A DNA stretch of 63,234 bases, counting the filler, from Reclinomonas americana ATCC 50394 (lineage: Eukaryota), in NCBI GenBank assembly GCA_048213135.1. It is 18 parts of 18 records of this genome, joined end to end, with 100 filler letters (N's around TTAATTAATTAA, not from the genome) between each part and the next. Parts side by side here need not be neighbours in the genome. Positions count along the whole stretch, not along the records: positions 1 to 8,819 come from AFZH01023176.1; positions 8,920 to 15,696 come from AFZH01023179.1; 16 more parts are not named here. One strand, given 5' to 3'. Below the pieces are notes generated by a model. It was not told where the DNA came from, did no database searches, and saw only the letters and a program-made list of their open reading frames with translations. Of the stretch, positions 1 to 12,300 are shown in pieces (within the stretch, counting starts at the first letter, position 1; each line of letters starts with the position of its first letter). Position numbers and translations under genes: made by a program.

Positions 1-200
1 CCTCTCTTCTCCTCTCTTCTCCTCTCTTCTCCTCTCTTCTCCTCTCTTCTCCTCTCTTCTCCTCTCTTCTCCTCTCTTCTCCTCTCCCCCTCCTTCTCTT
101 CTCCCCCTCCTTCTCTTCTCCCCTCCTTCTCCTCTCCCCCTCCTTCTCCTCTCCCCCTCTTTCTCCCTCCCCCCCTCCTCCCCCTCTCCACTCCTTCCCA
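1..200 (+). repeat. (CCTCTCTTCT)n decamer and pyrimidine tract at the 3' end of an intron upstream of the first visible E1 exon
   Basis: Visible tandem decamer decaying into a C/T tract, followed by acceptor CTGCAG ending at 225. Confidence 0.85.
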
Positions 201-225
201 CTCACCCTTTGGCATGTGGCTGCAG

Positions 226-3200
226 TCCGAAGTGACGTGGTGCATGGACCAACTGGCAGTGCGCATGAATGCCGCACTGCCCGACTCGGTGGCGAGTGTG
301 GCCAGTCGGTTCTTCCGGACGGCTCGTGGAGCCATTGCGCCAGTGAGCGCCTTTATCGGCGGTCTGGCCTCGTTTGAGGTGATCAAGGCTGTGACGGGTG
401 AGTTTTCTTCCTTGTGGTGGCCATTCCTGCTTGAACTGCATGCCAATATGTGAGTGGTAGGCAAGGGAACGCCACTGACGCAGTTCCTGTACTACGATGC
501 TCTCGAGTGCCTCCCCGATGAGGACGTTGAAATGGGCGCGGAGAGTGTTTCGGTTGCGTCCACGAGCAGATTCGTTGTGTGCAGCACTCTCATTGACGAT
601 TGTTTTGTCGTGCCAGGACTCGAGATATGCAGCACAGGAATGCATCTTTGGCTCTCGCTTCCAGGCGCGCTATCATTGATCTCTTCTCCCTTTGCCATTC
701 TTCCCTCTGACCTTTATCGCAGGAACGCCTTCTCAACCTGCGCTACTTTTTGGTGGGCGCCGGCGCACTTGGCTGCGAGTTTCTGAAGCTGTTTGCCCTC
801 CTCGGTATCGGATGTGGTCGCGATGGCAAGGTCGTGGTCACCGACATGGATCGCATCGAGATCTCCAACCTCAGTCGCCAGTTCCTGTTTCGCGCGCAAC
901 ACGTGTCGGTGCGGAGTGTGCTGGCGCTTCTATCTGAGTTGTTGGATTCTATCTGAGTTGTTGGATTCGCTCACTCGCGCACTCCAGATGAGCAAGAGTG
1001 CCGTGGCGGCACAGGCTGCGTGCGCCATGAATCCGTCGATGAATATTGAGGCGTTGCAGGAGAAGGTCGCACCGGAGACCGAGGGTGAGTGGAGGGGAGG
1101 GGAGGGAGGAGAAGGGAGAAGGGAGAAGGAAGGGAGAAGGGAAAAAGGAGAAGGGAAAAAGGAGAAGGAAGGGAAGGGAGGAGAGAAAGGAGAAGAGAGG
1201 AGGGAAGTGATAAGGGGAAGGGAAGAAGAGAAGAAAAGAAAAGGGAGGGAAAGGAGAGAAGGGACGAGGAGAGAGAAGAAAGGTGAAGTGAAGAGGAGAA
1301 GAGAAGAGGAGACGAGAGAAGAGAAGACATGAGAGGGAAGACGAAGGGTGAAGTAAAGAGGCGAAGAGAAGAGGAGACGTTAAGGGGTTAGAAAATCAGA
1401 GAAGACAGGGGAGTAGAAGAGATGAGAAGACAAAGAGGAGGAAAGACGAGCAGAGAAGTGAGGAGAGGAGAGAAGAGAAAGCAAGAAGAGAAAAGAAGCG
1501 ATGTGTAAAAAATGAGGGAAGAGAAATGGAGAAGAGAAGGAAACAGAAGAGTGGAAGAGAGAGGAGACATGATAAGAAGAGCAGAGAGCAGAAACGAAGA
1601 CCGGAGAGAAGTGAAGAAAAGAGAGAGAAGCGAGGAGAAGGACGAAAAGCCGGCATGCGAAGAGAAGAGAAGAAAATAGAGAGGAGGAGAGAAGGGATGA
1701 GAAGACAGTGAAGACATGAGAAGAGAGGAAGAGATAAAAATGGAAAGAGGTGCAAAGAGAAGAGAAAAAGGAAGAGATGTGAAGAGGTGAAGAAAACAGA
1801 AGAGCGGAAGAGAGAGGAAAAGAAATGAGCAGAAGAGAATAGCAAAAGAGAGGAGAGAAGCAAAAAGAAGGAAGAGAGAGGAGCGGGGAAATTGAAGAGA
1901 AGAGGGTATGTGAAGAGGAGAGAAAGCAGAGGAGACAGGGGAGAAGAAGAGATGAGAGGAGAGAAGGAAGGAAAGATGAGATGAGTGCAGCGGTGAGACC
2001 GCCAACTTTGCGTGCTGTTTCTGGTTGCTTCTCTCGCCTTACAACCCACGGAAACGCTTTCCACTTGCAGGCGGTTGAATGCGACTGCCTTCTGCAATTG
2101 CTTCTTATTGATTTTCTTTCATGTTGTGCACTTTATCTCTTTTCCTCCTTCGTTGTCCTTCTCTGTCCCTCGCTCCCTTGCTCCACTGTCCCTTTCTCCA
2201 CTCTCCCTTGCTCCACCCTCCGTCTCCCGCTCCTTCTCTTTCTCCTCTCACCTCTTCTCCACCATCTCATCGCCGCTCACTTTCGATCCCCTTTCCCTTC
2301 TCTCCTCCGTTCCCCTTCGCCTTTCCCTTTCCCTTTTCCCTTCTCCTAATTCCCCTTTCCCCTTTCGACAGGCCTGTTCAACGACGACTTCTGGCACTCA
2401 CTGCACGGCGTCTGCACTGCCCTCGACAACATTGCCGCCCGGCGCTACGTCGATTCACGGTTTGTTCACCCGGTGAAGGCTTGTGCATGTTTGCATGTAT
2501 CTTATCTTTGTCGGCGGCCAGATGTGTTTCATGCAGTCTCCCGTTTGTCGACTCGGGCACCGAAGGCCCGAAATGCAGCGTACAGGTACACAGCGTCACT
2601 CTTCCCCGTCCCCCCTTCCCTGGCCTCACACCCCTTATTGCAGGTCTGCGTCCCCCACATGACGGAGAACTACGGCAACACGCACGACCCGGAAGAGCCG
2701 ACGTATCCTGCATGCACCATCAAAATGTTCCCCACCAGCATTCAGCACACGTTGCAGTGGGCGCGCGAGTGCTTCGAGGGTCTCTTTGCACAGGATCCGC
2801 GCTGTCTCCTGCAGTATGCCAGCAATCCCGGCATGCTGACGGTGTGGCGACGTGCCCAATTGACTGCTTGTTTGCGTTCCTTAATGAGCCTCTGTAGGAA
2901 CTCGAGGCACAGCCGCCGGTGCTCGACAGTGCGATTTACACACTCCACTCTCATTTGGTGAATGCGTGTGAATGACTTGCTAGCAAGGAGGAGACGTTTT
3001 AATGCGGGGTTGTGCAGGTTGAGGAGCGCACCGACTCATTTGTGGATTGTGTTCGGTGGGCCCGCCGGCGCTTCGACGAGTTCTTCCGGTGGTCCGTGCA
3101 TCGTCTCCTGCAGCTGCATCCGTTGGATAGCGTGACGCCGTCTGGTTTGTGTTGACAAAGAGAAGCTGATTGGCAATGATCGCTGAAAGCGTTGCGTTAC

Positions 3201-4577
3201 TTGCAGGGCCATTCTGGAGTGGCTCCAAGCGGCCTCCGCAAGCGCTGCGATTCGACCCGACGGATGCGACACATGTGGACTTTGTGGTGTACGCTGCCCG
3301 CGTCCGTGCCGCTGTCATGGGTGTCGCTGGTGTGTGCCGTGTCCTCGCTTCTTCGCCCCGAGCTGCTCGCTCACTTGACATAGCAGATGGCGACGAGCAT
3401 GAGTGGCCGCGCGAGAGGATTGCTGCCGAGGCGGCTGTTGTTGCCGACTCGGAGGAGCCTCCTCCACGTCCTGCAGCTGCAGCACCGACGACAGGAGACA
3501 AGGAAGCCGATGCGGATGAAGAGGCCGCGGCGGGTGCGTCGATTTTCTCTCATCCTCTCCTCCTGCACCACCGTTTTCATTGCACGCACTACAGCTCGAG
3601 TGGCGGCAGCACAGCGAGAGCGAGTCAACGCTCTGCGCCAGCGACTCCCGCCACCTGACGCAGTGGACGTGTCAGGCTTGATGCCTGCCGAGTTCGACAA
3701 GGTTTGCCTCACTCACCAAAGGCGCTGAGGATCTTCCTCACTTCTACGTCACAGGATGGCGTGCTGCTGCACATGGAGTTTGTGCACGCCGCCAGCAACT
3801 TGCGCGCTCGCAGTTACAAGTTGCGTTTCTTCGTGCATCGCGTAACATGTGTGCAGGTCGCTGACCTTCGTGACAGAATTCCTGAGGAGTCGTTCCTGCG
3901 CTCCAAGCAAATCGCCGGCCGCATCATTCCCGCCATGATCACGACGACGGCACTGGTCACTGGTCTCGCTGCCATGGAGATTCTGAAGGTTTGTCTCTCG
4001 TTGCCAGAATGCATCCGTTGTCAACCAATCCGTGCTTGCAGCTTGTACAGGGGCGCCCCTACGATGCCTACCGGTCGGCGTTTGCGCACACCAGTATGTG
4101 TATGTTTGTGCTGACGTCGCCGAATCCCGCCACGCGACATCGCACGGGTGACTTGGAGTGGACGCTGTGGGACACGTTGCGTGGGTGCCGCAGGCTGTGG
4201 AGATGATTCTGTTCTCTCACCGATCATGCGCGCGCAGCGTGGTGGTGGACGAGGGGCAGGATCTGCGCCTGGCACAGTTTATTGCCGCCATTCAGAAACG
4301 AGTGAACAAGAAGGTGCAGGCCATCACCTACCAGGGCAGTATCATGTATGCGCCGTTCAAGAAGTCGCCGCAGATCATGATGAAGAGGTGAGTGCATTCG
4401 TAGGCACAAGGTGGTGATGCTGCTTGCTGAGTGCAGTGTGTGTGCAGGCTCGGACAAATGTGCATGGAGAAAAAGGAGGCGGCGGGGCGGTATGTCATGC
4501 TGACGGTGATGTGTTGTGACGAGGATGGTGCTGGTGAGGCGTGGCCAATGCCGCCGGTCAAGTATGTGTTTAGGTGA
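226..4577 (+). CDS. UBA1: Ubiquitin-activating enzyme E1, UBA1-like, multi-exon, 5'-truncated
   Basis: Spliced exons give [73 protein letters not shown], catalytic [52 protein letters not shown] and end [11 protein letters not shown] (4575-4577). Confidence 0.92.
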
Positions 4578-4679
4578 ACCTAAACCAAGTAAAGGGGTGA
4601 TAAGGAGAAGGCCACACAAGGCATGTGCAGAGAGGGGGAACAATAGCTGACATGCCGACGAAGCAGAAGTGTAAAACAG

Positions 4680-5215
4680 ATAAACGTCGTTGCTAGTTGG
4701 TGGAATCAGGGGACAGTCTCGCAGAGTGTGTCTACAAGGATGAGAAGTGGAGTAACACAGTTGAATAGCAGACGCGGAGTCCGCCTCACCGGCGACTAGG
4801 AGAAGGTTCCACTTTGATAGATCTGCCTGTTTCGACCAGCAGAAGAGCTACGGCATATGCAACTCACTGCTTGTTTGTGGAATTAGGGAGACGGTTCTAC
4901 AGAGCGTGTTGACAAAGAGGAGAAGATGACAAATTCCACAAGGAAGAATGTCCACATAGCAGTTCAACGAGGCTACATCTGACTGTTTCGATTTAGCAAC
5001 TATCCATGCAAACCTGCTTCGAGCAGGAGAAGCGCTACGACGCCCAACTCCCTGCTAGTTCATAAAAACAAAGACATGGTTCCACAGAGCGTGCTAGCAA
5101 AGAGGAGAAGTGAGGTGTGACACTGGCGACAAGAGAGAGGGAGAACACTAACTTGCAATTCAGACCTGCTACACCCAAAATAAGCGCTGAAACTCACTGC
5201 TTGTTGGTAGAATCG
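4680..5215. repeat. Degenerate intergenic tandem repeat, about 4 units of roughly 145-185 nt
   Basis: AACTCACTGCTTGTT-like and GGTTCYACAGAGCGTG..CAAAGAGGAGAAG blocks recur near 4690, 4861, 5046 and 5191. Confidence 0.6.
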
Positions 5216-5281
5216 GCTGCCTACGAGGAGAGGTGCAGAAACAGGAGAGAGCCAAGCCTGCTTGTCAACACTGGAATTCAC

Positions 5282-8200
5282 TCAAGTTCTCTTGCAAGTG
5301 GCCACACTGCTCAGCAACTCGGCGAACCCTCTCGACACCTCCTGCGCAGTGACATGCTCGTTCCGCTCCCCCGCTGCGCAACACGTGAGACAAACGCCAC
5401 ACAAATCCCCCTTCTCCACTTCATCACTCACCCTTGGTGACGGCTGCGCGAATGCCCTTGACAGTGCACTTCAGACGCGGCGTGCACAGCGCCTTGTCGG
5501 CCACGCACAGAATGTTGCCGCAGCTGTAGGGGAAGGCGGCGGGGCAGTGAATGTGCCAGCAGAGAGGACCGCGGCCCATCATGATGTTGCTGTGCGCGCA
5601 TTTCGGGTAGCACAGGTCGCCGGAGCGCGTGAATTTGTTCTGGTCGCAGCGGAGGGGGAGAGGCTCGCCGCGCTTCTCCATTTTCTTGGCAATGGCTTGG
5701 GGGGCGCGGTAGCAGGTGCACCCGGTGGCCTCCCATTGGCTGTCTGGGCCCTTGGCGGTGGGGCACTGTGAAAGGGCAAAGGGGGTGAGGGGGAGATAAG
5801 GAGAAGGGTGAGGGGGAAAGGGAGGGAGGGTTGCGAGAGAAAATGGAGAGAGAAAGTTACTCGCTGGACAGAATGAGAGAAACACAAACAAAGCGAGCGA
5901 GCAGAAGATGTTACAAAGCGCCAACAGCTTGAATACAACATTAATGATAGGTAGAATCAGAGAGAATCAGAGAGAGAGAGAGAAGGAGCTGCATTTCGTA
6001 CTGTTTTGTGATGAATACAAACATGATGACAAGTCGAGATAGAGGTAGAGATAAGCGCTGAAAAGCAGCAAGTGTGTGGGGGTGAGGGGGAGAGCGCAGA
6101 TGCTGCTTCATCGCTTGCTGTGTTGCGGTGATGACAAACATGATGAGGGGAGAGAGGGCGTAAGAAATGAGCGCTATTGACAGAGGGAGAGGTCATTTCA
6201 GATCTCCCCAGAGGGATGCAGAGTTATGAGCTCGTTCTTGTCGATGCGCTCACAGTGAAGACGGAGACCACGAGAGAGATAGATAGACCCAAAGCGATCT
6301 TTCTCACTCAATAAAAGAGAAACTGGGGCCGCATGCGAGTCTCTCTCGCGACTGGTTAGCGGGAACAGTAAGTCTGTCTCTTCCAGGCGCCATCTCCTCT
6401 CTGCTCACCTTGGCACACCCAGTTGCCCGACCAGTGCCACACAGATCATCTGCAGCGAACTCAATGAGCGACGACGACAGTAGCGACATGCAAGCAAGCA
6501 GGCACGCAACACCACGGACACCGCGATGTGTCCGCGCGCACCACGCTCTCGGGCAACGTGCAGAAGCGACCATTGTCGATGAACTCGGGTGGGCAGGGCG
6601 CGTAGCACATGTCAAGGACGCCGACGAAGCTGTGTGGATGAGCGTGAGAGAGAATGGGGGATATGTGGGGGAAGGGTAAGGGGGGAAGGAAAAGAAAAAG
6701 GAGAGGGAAGACGAGGAAAGTGAGAGAAACACGACAAATGATTGCAGGCGAGGGCGAGAGGGGAGACTGGATAATGCGCAACAGCAGAAAAAGAAGAAAC
6801 ACAGACAGAAGCAGCGAGCGTGGCGACAAAGAGAAGAGAGAGCGAGGAATATAGAAAACATGACAAATGATTGCAGGCGACGGCGAGAAGGGAGACTGGA
6901 TAATGCGCAATATCAGAAATGAAGAAACACAGACAGAATCAATGAGCGTGGCGACAAAGAGAAGAGAGAGAGAGGACTGAGTGGACAGCCAGAATAGAAA
7001 ACATGACAATGGATGCAGGCGAGGAAGAGAAGGGAGCGTGTGAACGAGACAACACAGAGACAAAAGGAAAGAGAGTGGCGAGGAATACGAGAGAAAGGAG
7101 AGGACTGATGATAGGAAGAGTAGAAAGCACTCATTGGGTGGGGTCGACAAGGGACAAAGGATGAGGGAGTGCGTGTGAAAGCGACAGCACAGTGTGGCGA
7201 GGAACCCTGAAGAAAAGGAGAGATGACTGATCGACAAGAAGAGAAGAGACAGAGGGACTGATTGCGAGTGATGGCGAGATGGTGCAGTGCATGTGAACGA
7301 GACAGCAGAAAGAGAAGGAAAGAGAGTGGCGAGGAAGAGAAGGGAAACAACATGGGAAGATTGCACGCGAAGGGACAGAAGCAAGAGCTTGGTGAGGAGA
7401 TCAGAAGAACGGACGACGTGATCTCGCTCCCTCCCTCCCTCCTCCTCATCCGCACCCTGGAGCACACGGCTCATAACACCGCAAGCTATCCCCATCACGC
7501 TGATATCCAGGCGGGCACACCGAGGGCGCCTGCGGGTGATCGCGAGGATACGGATCCTGGTGACGAAACGCGACAAATTGAGCGACAACAGGTGGATCAG
7601 TGCCCAGCTGCGCATGCGCGCCGCACCTTCCAGCACATTTGCGCGACGGCTTTGGTGGAGATGATGCGGCCGGTGCGTTGGGTGGGTGGATCGAGAGTCA
7701 CGAGAATGCTGTCGCCGTCTGTGGGGAGGGCGAAGGGGAAGGGAGACAGGAAGGTGAGTTGGTGAGTGAGGAGAAATGGGAAGGAAGGGAGGTGTAAGTG
7801 ACAGAGGCAAGAAACGAAACGTGTGCATAAGGGAAGAGGAGAGAGAGGGAGGGAGAGAGGAGAGAAGAGAGAGGAGAGAGGAGAGAAGAGAGGAGAGAGG
7901 AGAGAACGTTTGAAGGAGAGTGCAAGGAAGAGATGAGAAGAGGGGAAGCCAAGGGCAGGTGTGTGCCACACAGCGAGAGAAGAGGAGAGGAGATTGGAGA
8001 GAGAGGAGAGAGAGAAGAGGAGAAAGGAGAATGGAGAGAGAGAGAGAGGAGGGAGAGGGTGCATGTGTGCGAGAGAGTGGCAAGATAGTCGCGCCAAAGG
8101 CGATCTAGGTGATGACTGAGGCGACACTTTACGTGCGCGTGAACGAGTGCGAGTCTCCCTTCTCTTCTCTTTTCTCTCCCTCTGCCTCTCTGTCTCTTTC

Positions 8201-8441
8201 TCTCTCTCTCTCTCTCTCAATCTCTGCGTCAACAACACGCCTCTTCTTCCTCCTCCTCCACCTTCTCTCTCCCTTTCTCCTTCTCCCTCTCTTCATCTCC
8301 TTCATCTCTCTCTCTCTCATCTCTCTCTCTCTCCCCCCCTCTCTCACCTGGAACTAATGGCGGCACAGCACTCGTCACACTCGCACGCACCACAGACACA
8401 CACACAACAACGAGAAGAAGTGCAATCACAAAGGCGCGCAT
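5282..8441 (-). CDS. Secreted cysteine-rich repeat protein (CYxxC...GxxCW repeats), multi-exon
   Basis: Signal peptide MRAFVIALLLVVVCVSVVRA; exons QMCWK/DPYPRDHPQAPSVCPPGYQRDGDSLRCYEPCAPG, CYAPCPPEFIDNGRFC, CTCYRAPQAIAKKMEKRGEPLPLRCDQNKFTRSGDLCYPKC..GRGPLCW..CP; GT-AG junctions keep frame; ends CKRT-TGA. Confidence 0.75.
6725..7030. repeat. Intronic tandem duplication, about 130-nt unit
   Basis: GACAAATGATTGCAGGCGA..GGGAGACTGGATAATGCGCAA..GAGCGTGGCGACAAAGAGAAGAGAG occurs twice, plus a partial third copy. Confidence 0.8.
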
Positions 8442-8649
8442 TCTTCGCAAGGACAATGAGCAGATATCAATGTGATGACTCACACAGACTCTGATGATTG
8501 AGGGTGAGCGCGCACTCTTGTCTTCGTGCTCTCTTGCTCCTCTCTTACTCTCTCTGCTTCTTGATAGCATTTGCCAGTCTGTGGTTCAAGATTGCTGCGC
8601 TTTCAGGTGCGCATGAGAGTTGTCTCTCTATTGTTGAGACTGCAGTGTG

Positions 8650-8687
<38 letters not shown>

Positions 8688-9022
8688 CCCCTGTCACTGT
8701 GCATGTATGCTGCACGTTTACTGACAGAGGCACTCATCTCATTTGTCTGAGATCCGTCACCTGCTGGCTCTGATTGCTTTCGCTTGCTCGTCTCCTCTTC
8801 CTTTACATCTCCTTCTCTTNNNNNNNNNNNNNNNNNNNNNNNNNNNNNNNNNNNNNNNNNNNNTTAATTAATTAANNNNNNNNNNNNNNNNNNNNNNNNN
8901 NNNNNNNNNNNNNNNNNNNTTACGGTAAAAGGTAAACCGTTTACGTTCCGTTTCCGTTCCGTTCGTCTTCGTTTTTCCTTTCTTCGTCGTCCCGCCGTCG
9001 AGGAGGTAGTCGTCCTCGTCCA

Positions 9023-9060
<38 letters not shown>

Positions 9061-9380
9061 CACACCTTGCCACATTGAGAGTTCCTCCTGTCCCAACACA
9101 TTTTCCCTGGAATGCGCCATATGTCTTTCGTTGTTCCTCTCGACAGTGCACGAGACGAATAGCACAGCGAGAGAGAAAGCCTATAACATCTCGTCATCTT
9201 CGCTTTGGACTGTCCACGTCCACTCACGACAGTTGTCTACTCTCCCGCCTCCCTTCGCCATTTGTCTCTCGCCGCTCACTCTCTCTTTGTCGCTCGCTGC
9301 TCAATCTCCCTCCTTTGTCGCTCCTCTCCTTCTGTTTCCCTTCCACTTCCCCTTTGCCTCATTCTTCCCCTCTTTCGCAG

Positions 9381-12300
9381 CTTGAAAACGACCCCACTCT
9401 AAGCCTCGTGCGCCGCTTCGATCCGCACCTCACCGAGGAGACCAAGTCGCGCACCATGATCGTGCTCACCAAGTTCCAGTTCCGCGCCGAGGACATTGAC
9501 AACTCGCGCGAGCTGGTGGCGTGCATGACGGCGCAGCGCGATTCCGGCGCAGGCTCGTATGCCGGAGATCGGAGGGTGAGTGGGAGTTGTGGAAGGATTA
9601 TCGTGGGCCAGCGCTAATTTCCTTCTCCAGATCTGGGCCGTCGAGTTCGACCCGAAGCGAGGCGAGGGAGGCGACATTGACGACTGGAATCGGTCGCTGG
9701 AGGAGTCGGAGCAGCGCCTACTCACCACGCTGGAGGACAAGGGCGTGGAGGTGGGCGAGTTTGCCGATCGCATCGGTTTCTCCAAGGTAATTTGTGAGGC
9801 AAAGGGGGCTGTGATACCGAAACACACGCTCACCTCTTCAAATGCAGGTTCGCGAGTTCCTGCACTCGCGTCTGGCTGTCATGTTTGAGCGCGAGGCCAC
9901 GCGGATGCTGTCGCGCATTCACGAGCAGATCAACACGCGCAAAAAGTACGATTCACACTCTCGTGCTTTGATGCCTCTCCTTCCCCTCATTTCCGCTCTG
10001 CAGGCTGCGCGAGGAGCTGCTGGGCCAGCTGGAGGCACTGGAACGGGGAGGGTTGGGACGCCGCCTGGCCATGTACGTCGACGTGTTCCAGGGGGTGATT
10101 CGTGATCTGCTGGAGGGTCGCAGCATCTTCCAGCCCAGCAACGGGTTTGTGATCACGCCGGAGCGGCACGGATTGACGGTGGCCGCGGAGCGTCGCGAGG
10201 TGAGCTGCGCATGATGAAGAAGTGCTTGTGTGTGCGTCGTGGCTCACCGCAGCGGTGTGCAGGCCTCGTGCCATTTTGATGAAATCCCGCTGAACGAGAT
10301 GCAAATGGACAAGCTGTTGGAGAATGTGCGGGTGAAGTTGTACGGGTCGGCGGCTTTCGAGCGGGTGTTGAGGGAGCTGAAGGTGTTGGTGCTGTGCTCC
10401 AAGATGAGAGGTGAGAAAGGGGAAGGGGAAAGGGGGGAAAGAGGGGGAAGAGGGGGAAAGGGGCAAAGAGGGGGAAGGAGGGAAGATGGGGAAAGAGGGG
10501 GAGGAGAGGGAAGGAGGGGGAAGGAGGGGAAAATTGGGGAAGTGGGGAAAAAGGGGGAAAGAGCGTGAAGGAGTGGAAGAGGGAAAGGGAAATAGTGCCT
10601 TGGCTTTCGGAGTGAGAGCAACTAGGAGATTGGCGCCAGATAGTGCGAAGGAATAGATGTTGCAGGACTTTCTGTGAGTGGCAAGACAAGCAGAGGATAT
10701 TTGCAGAAGAGGGCTGTACAGTGAGTGACGTTGAGAGTTCGCAAGCATGTCTTTCGACTGTTGTCGGCACGCACTGTGAAGATTATGTGCATTCTGAGTC
10801 AGTGGGGGTTTGGAGACACCTGGCGTGGAGGATATATCGTTCGTCGAGTGCTGCCGTTTGCGGCGAGAGAGAAAGAGTGAGGTATGGGTGGAACGGGGAG
10901 CAGACTGTGATGTGTGCTTTGTGTATGAGCCGACGAGAAGTAGAGAAGTAGCAAGTCGAGCGATACTTGATGAGTGAGCTGTTGACAGGGGTGACAGCGC
11001 AGGATCTGAGTTGGTTGAATAGTCTGTCTCATGAGTTCCTGTGAGTCGTTGAACTGCAAGTCCTGAGATGCGAGAAGCTATGGAGGCAAATAAGTAGAGT
11101 GAATCAGTGGACGTGATCCACACAGCAAGCATCATCTGTCATCTCCTCCTGCTGCTTTCTTTTGTCTGGAGAGTATTACTGTGCCCTTTTCTCACTTGAT
11201 CCCGCAGACGTCTCGCTGGACCGCGTCGTGGCCGCCAAGCACGCCCATCGCCAGGGCAATGTGCCCGACTGGTTTGTTCTCTTCTGTCACAATGCCCTTT
11301 CGATTGCCCTCTCACTCATTCATGTCATCGCGCAGGACGGCCGCCATCAACAACCTGGCCTCGGAGAACGCCATGGCAGCGTTCTGCACGCCCGAGTTCA
11401 AGCAGCACTTTATGAGCCGCCTCTCGCACGTGCTGTCGTATCTCGGATTGCTGGCGACGGTGGCGATGGAGGCGGATCCGCGGTTTGAGGATTTCAAGCC
11501 GGGCGGGTGAGCGTCGTTTGCAGGATCTCGCTTGCTCTCATGAGTCTCATTGTTTCCGCTTGATAGCGAGTTCGCGTCGTTTGCGCAGCGCGTGGCCGAG
11601 GTGTACCAGACCAGTGTCGACTGCTGTGTGGAGGCTGGTTTCACGGGTGTACAGGTGAGTTGGCTTGAAGGAAAGTAAGGACGACATAGTAGACTCACTT
11701 CCTTGTTGTGCTCGCAGGATCTAATCTCTGCATTGTCCACCACGCTGAACTGGAATCTGACGCGAGGCATTGCTGGCAGTCGGAAGATCAAGTTTTGTTT
11801 TGCTGCTGCAGTTTCGTGTTTGTTGTCGTGTTGCTGATTATGTTGTGGCAATAGGACGACGCAGTATGATGTGCGCGGAGAGGAGGATACCTATGCCAGT
11901 TGCGTGTCAAAAATGAGCTCGCTGTGATCAGATAGTGATGCTGGTACTGCGTCTGTTTCCTTCAGTCTTTGGCCACTTCCTCTTGTTCTTTCTTCTTTTG
12001 CTGTTCTGTGTCTCATGGCTTCCAGTTCGCCTCTGCCTCTTCTCGCTTCTTCTCGCTGCCTGTCACTTCCTCTCGCTTCCTCTCGCCTCCTCGCGCTTCC
12101 TAACGCTTCCTCACGCTTCCGTTCTCTTCTGCCTCCTCTCGCTGCCTCTCGCTTCCTACTCTCGCTTCCTCCTCTCGCTTCCTCCTCTCGCTTCCTCCTC
12201 TCGCTTCCTCCTCTCGCTTCCTCCTCTCGCTTCCTCTCGCTTCCTCTCGCTTCCTCTCGCTTCCTCTCGCTTCCTCTCGCTTCCTCTCGCTTCCTCTCGC

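Noticed and set aside
8864..8875. TTAATTAATTAA as a biological motif, and ORFs ending in X..LIN
   Set aside because: Always embedded in identical N blocks; an assembly spacer.
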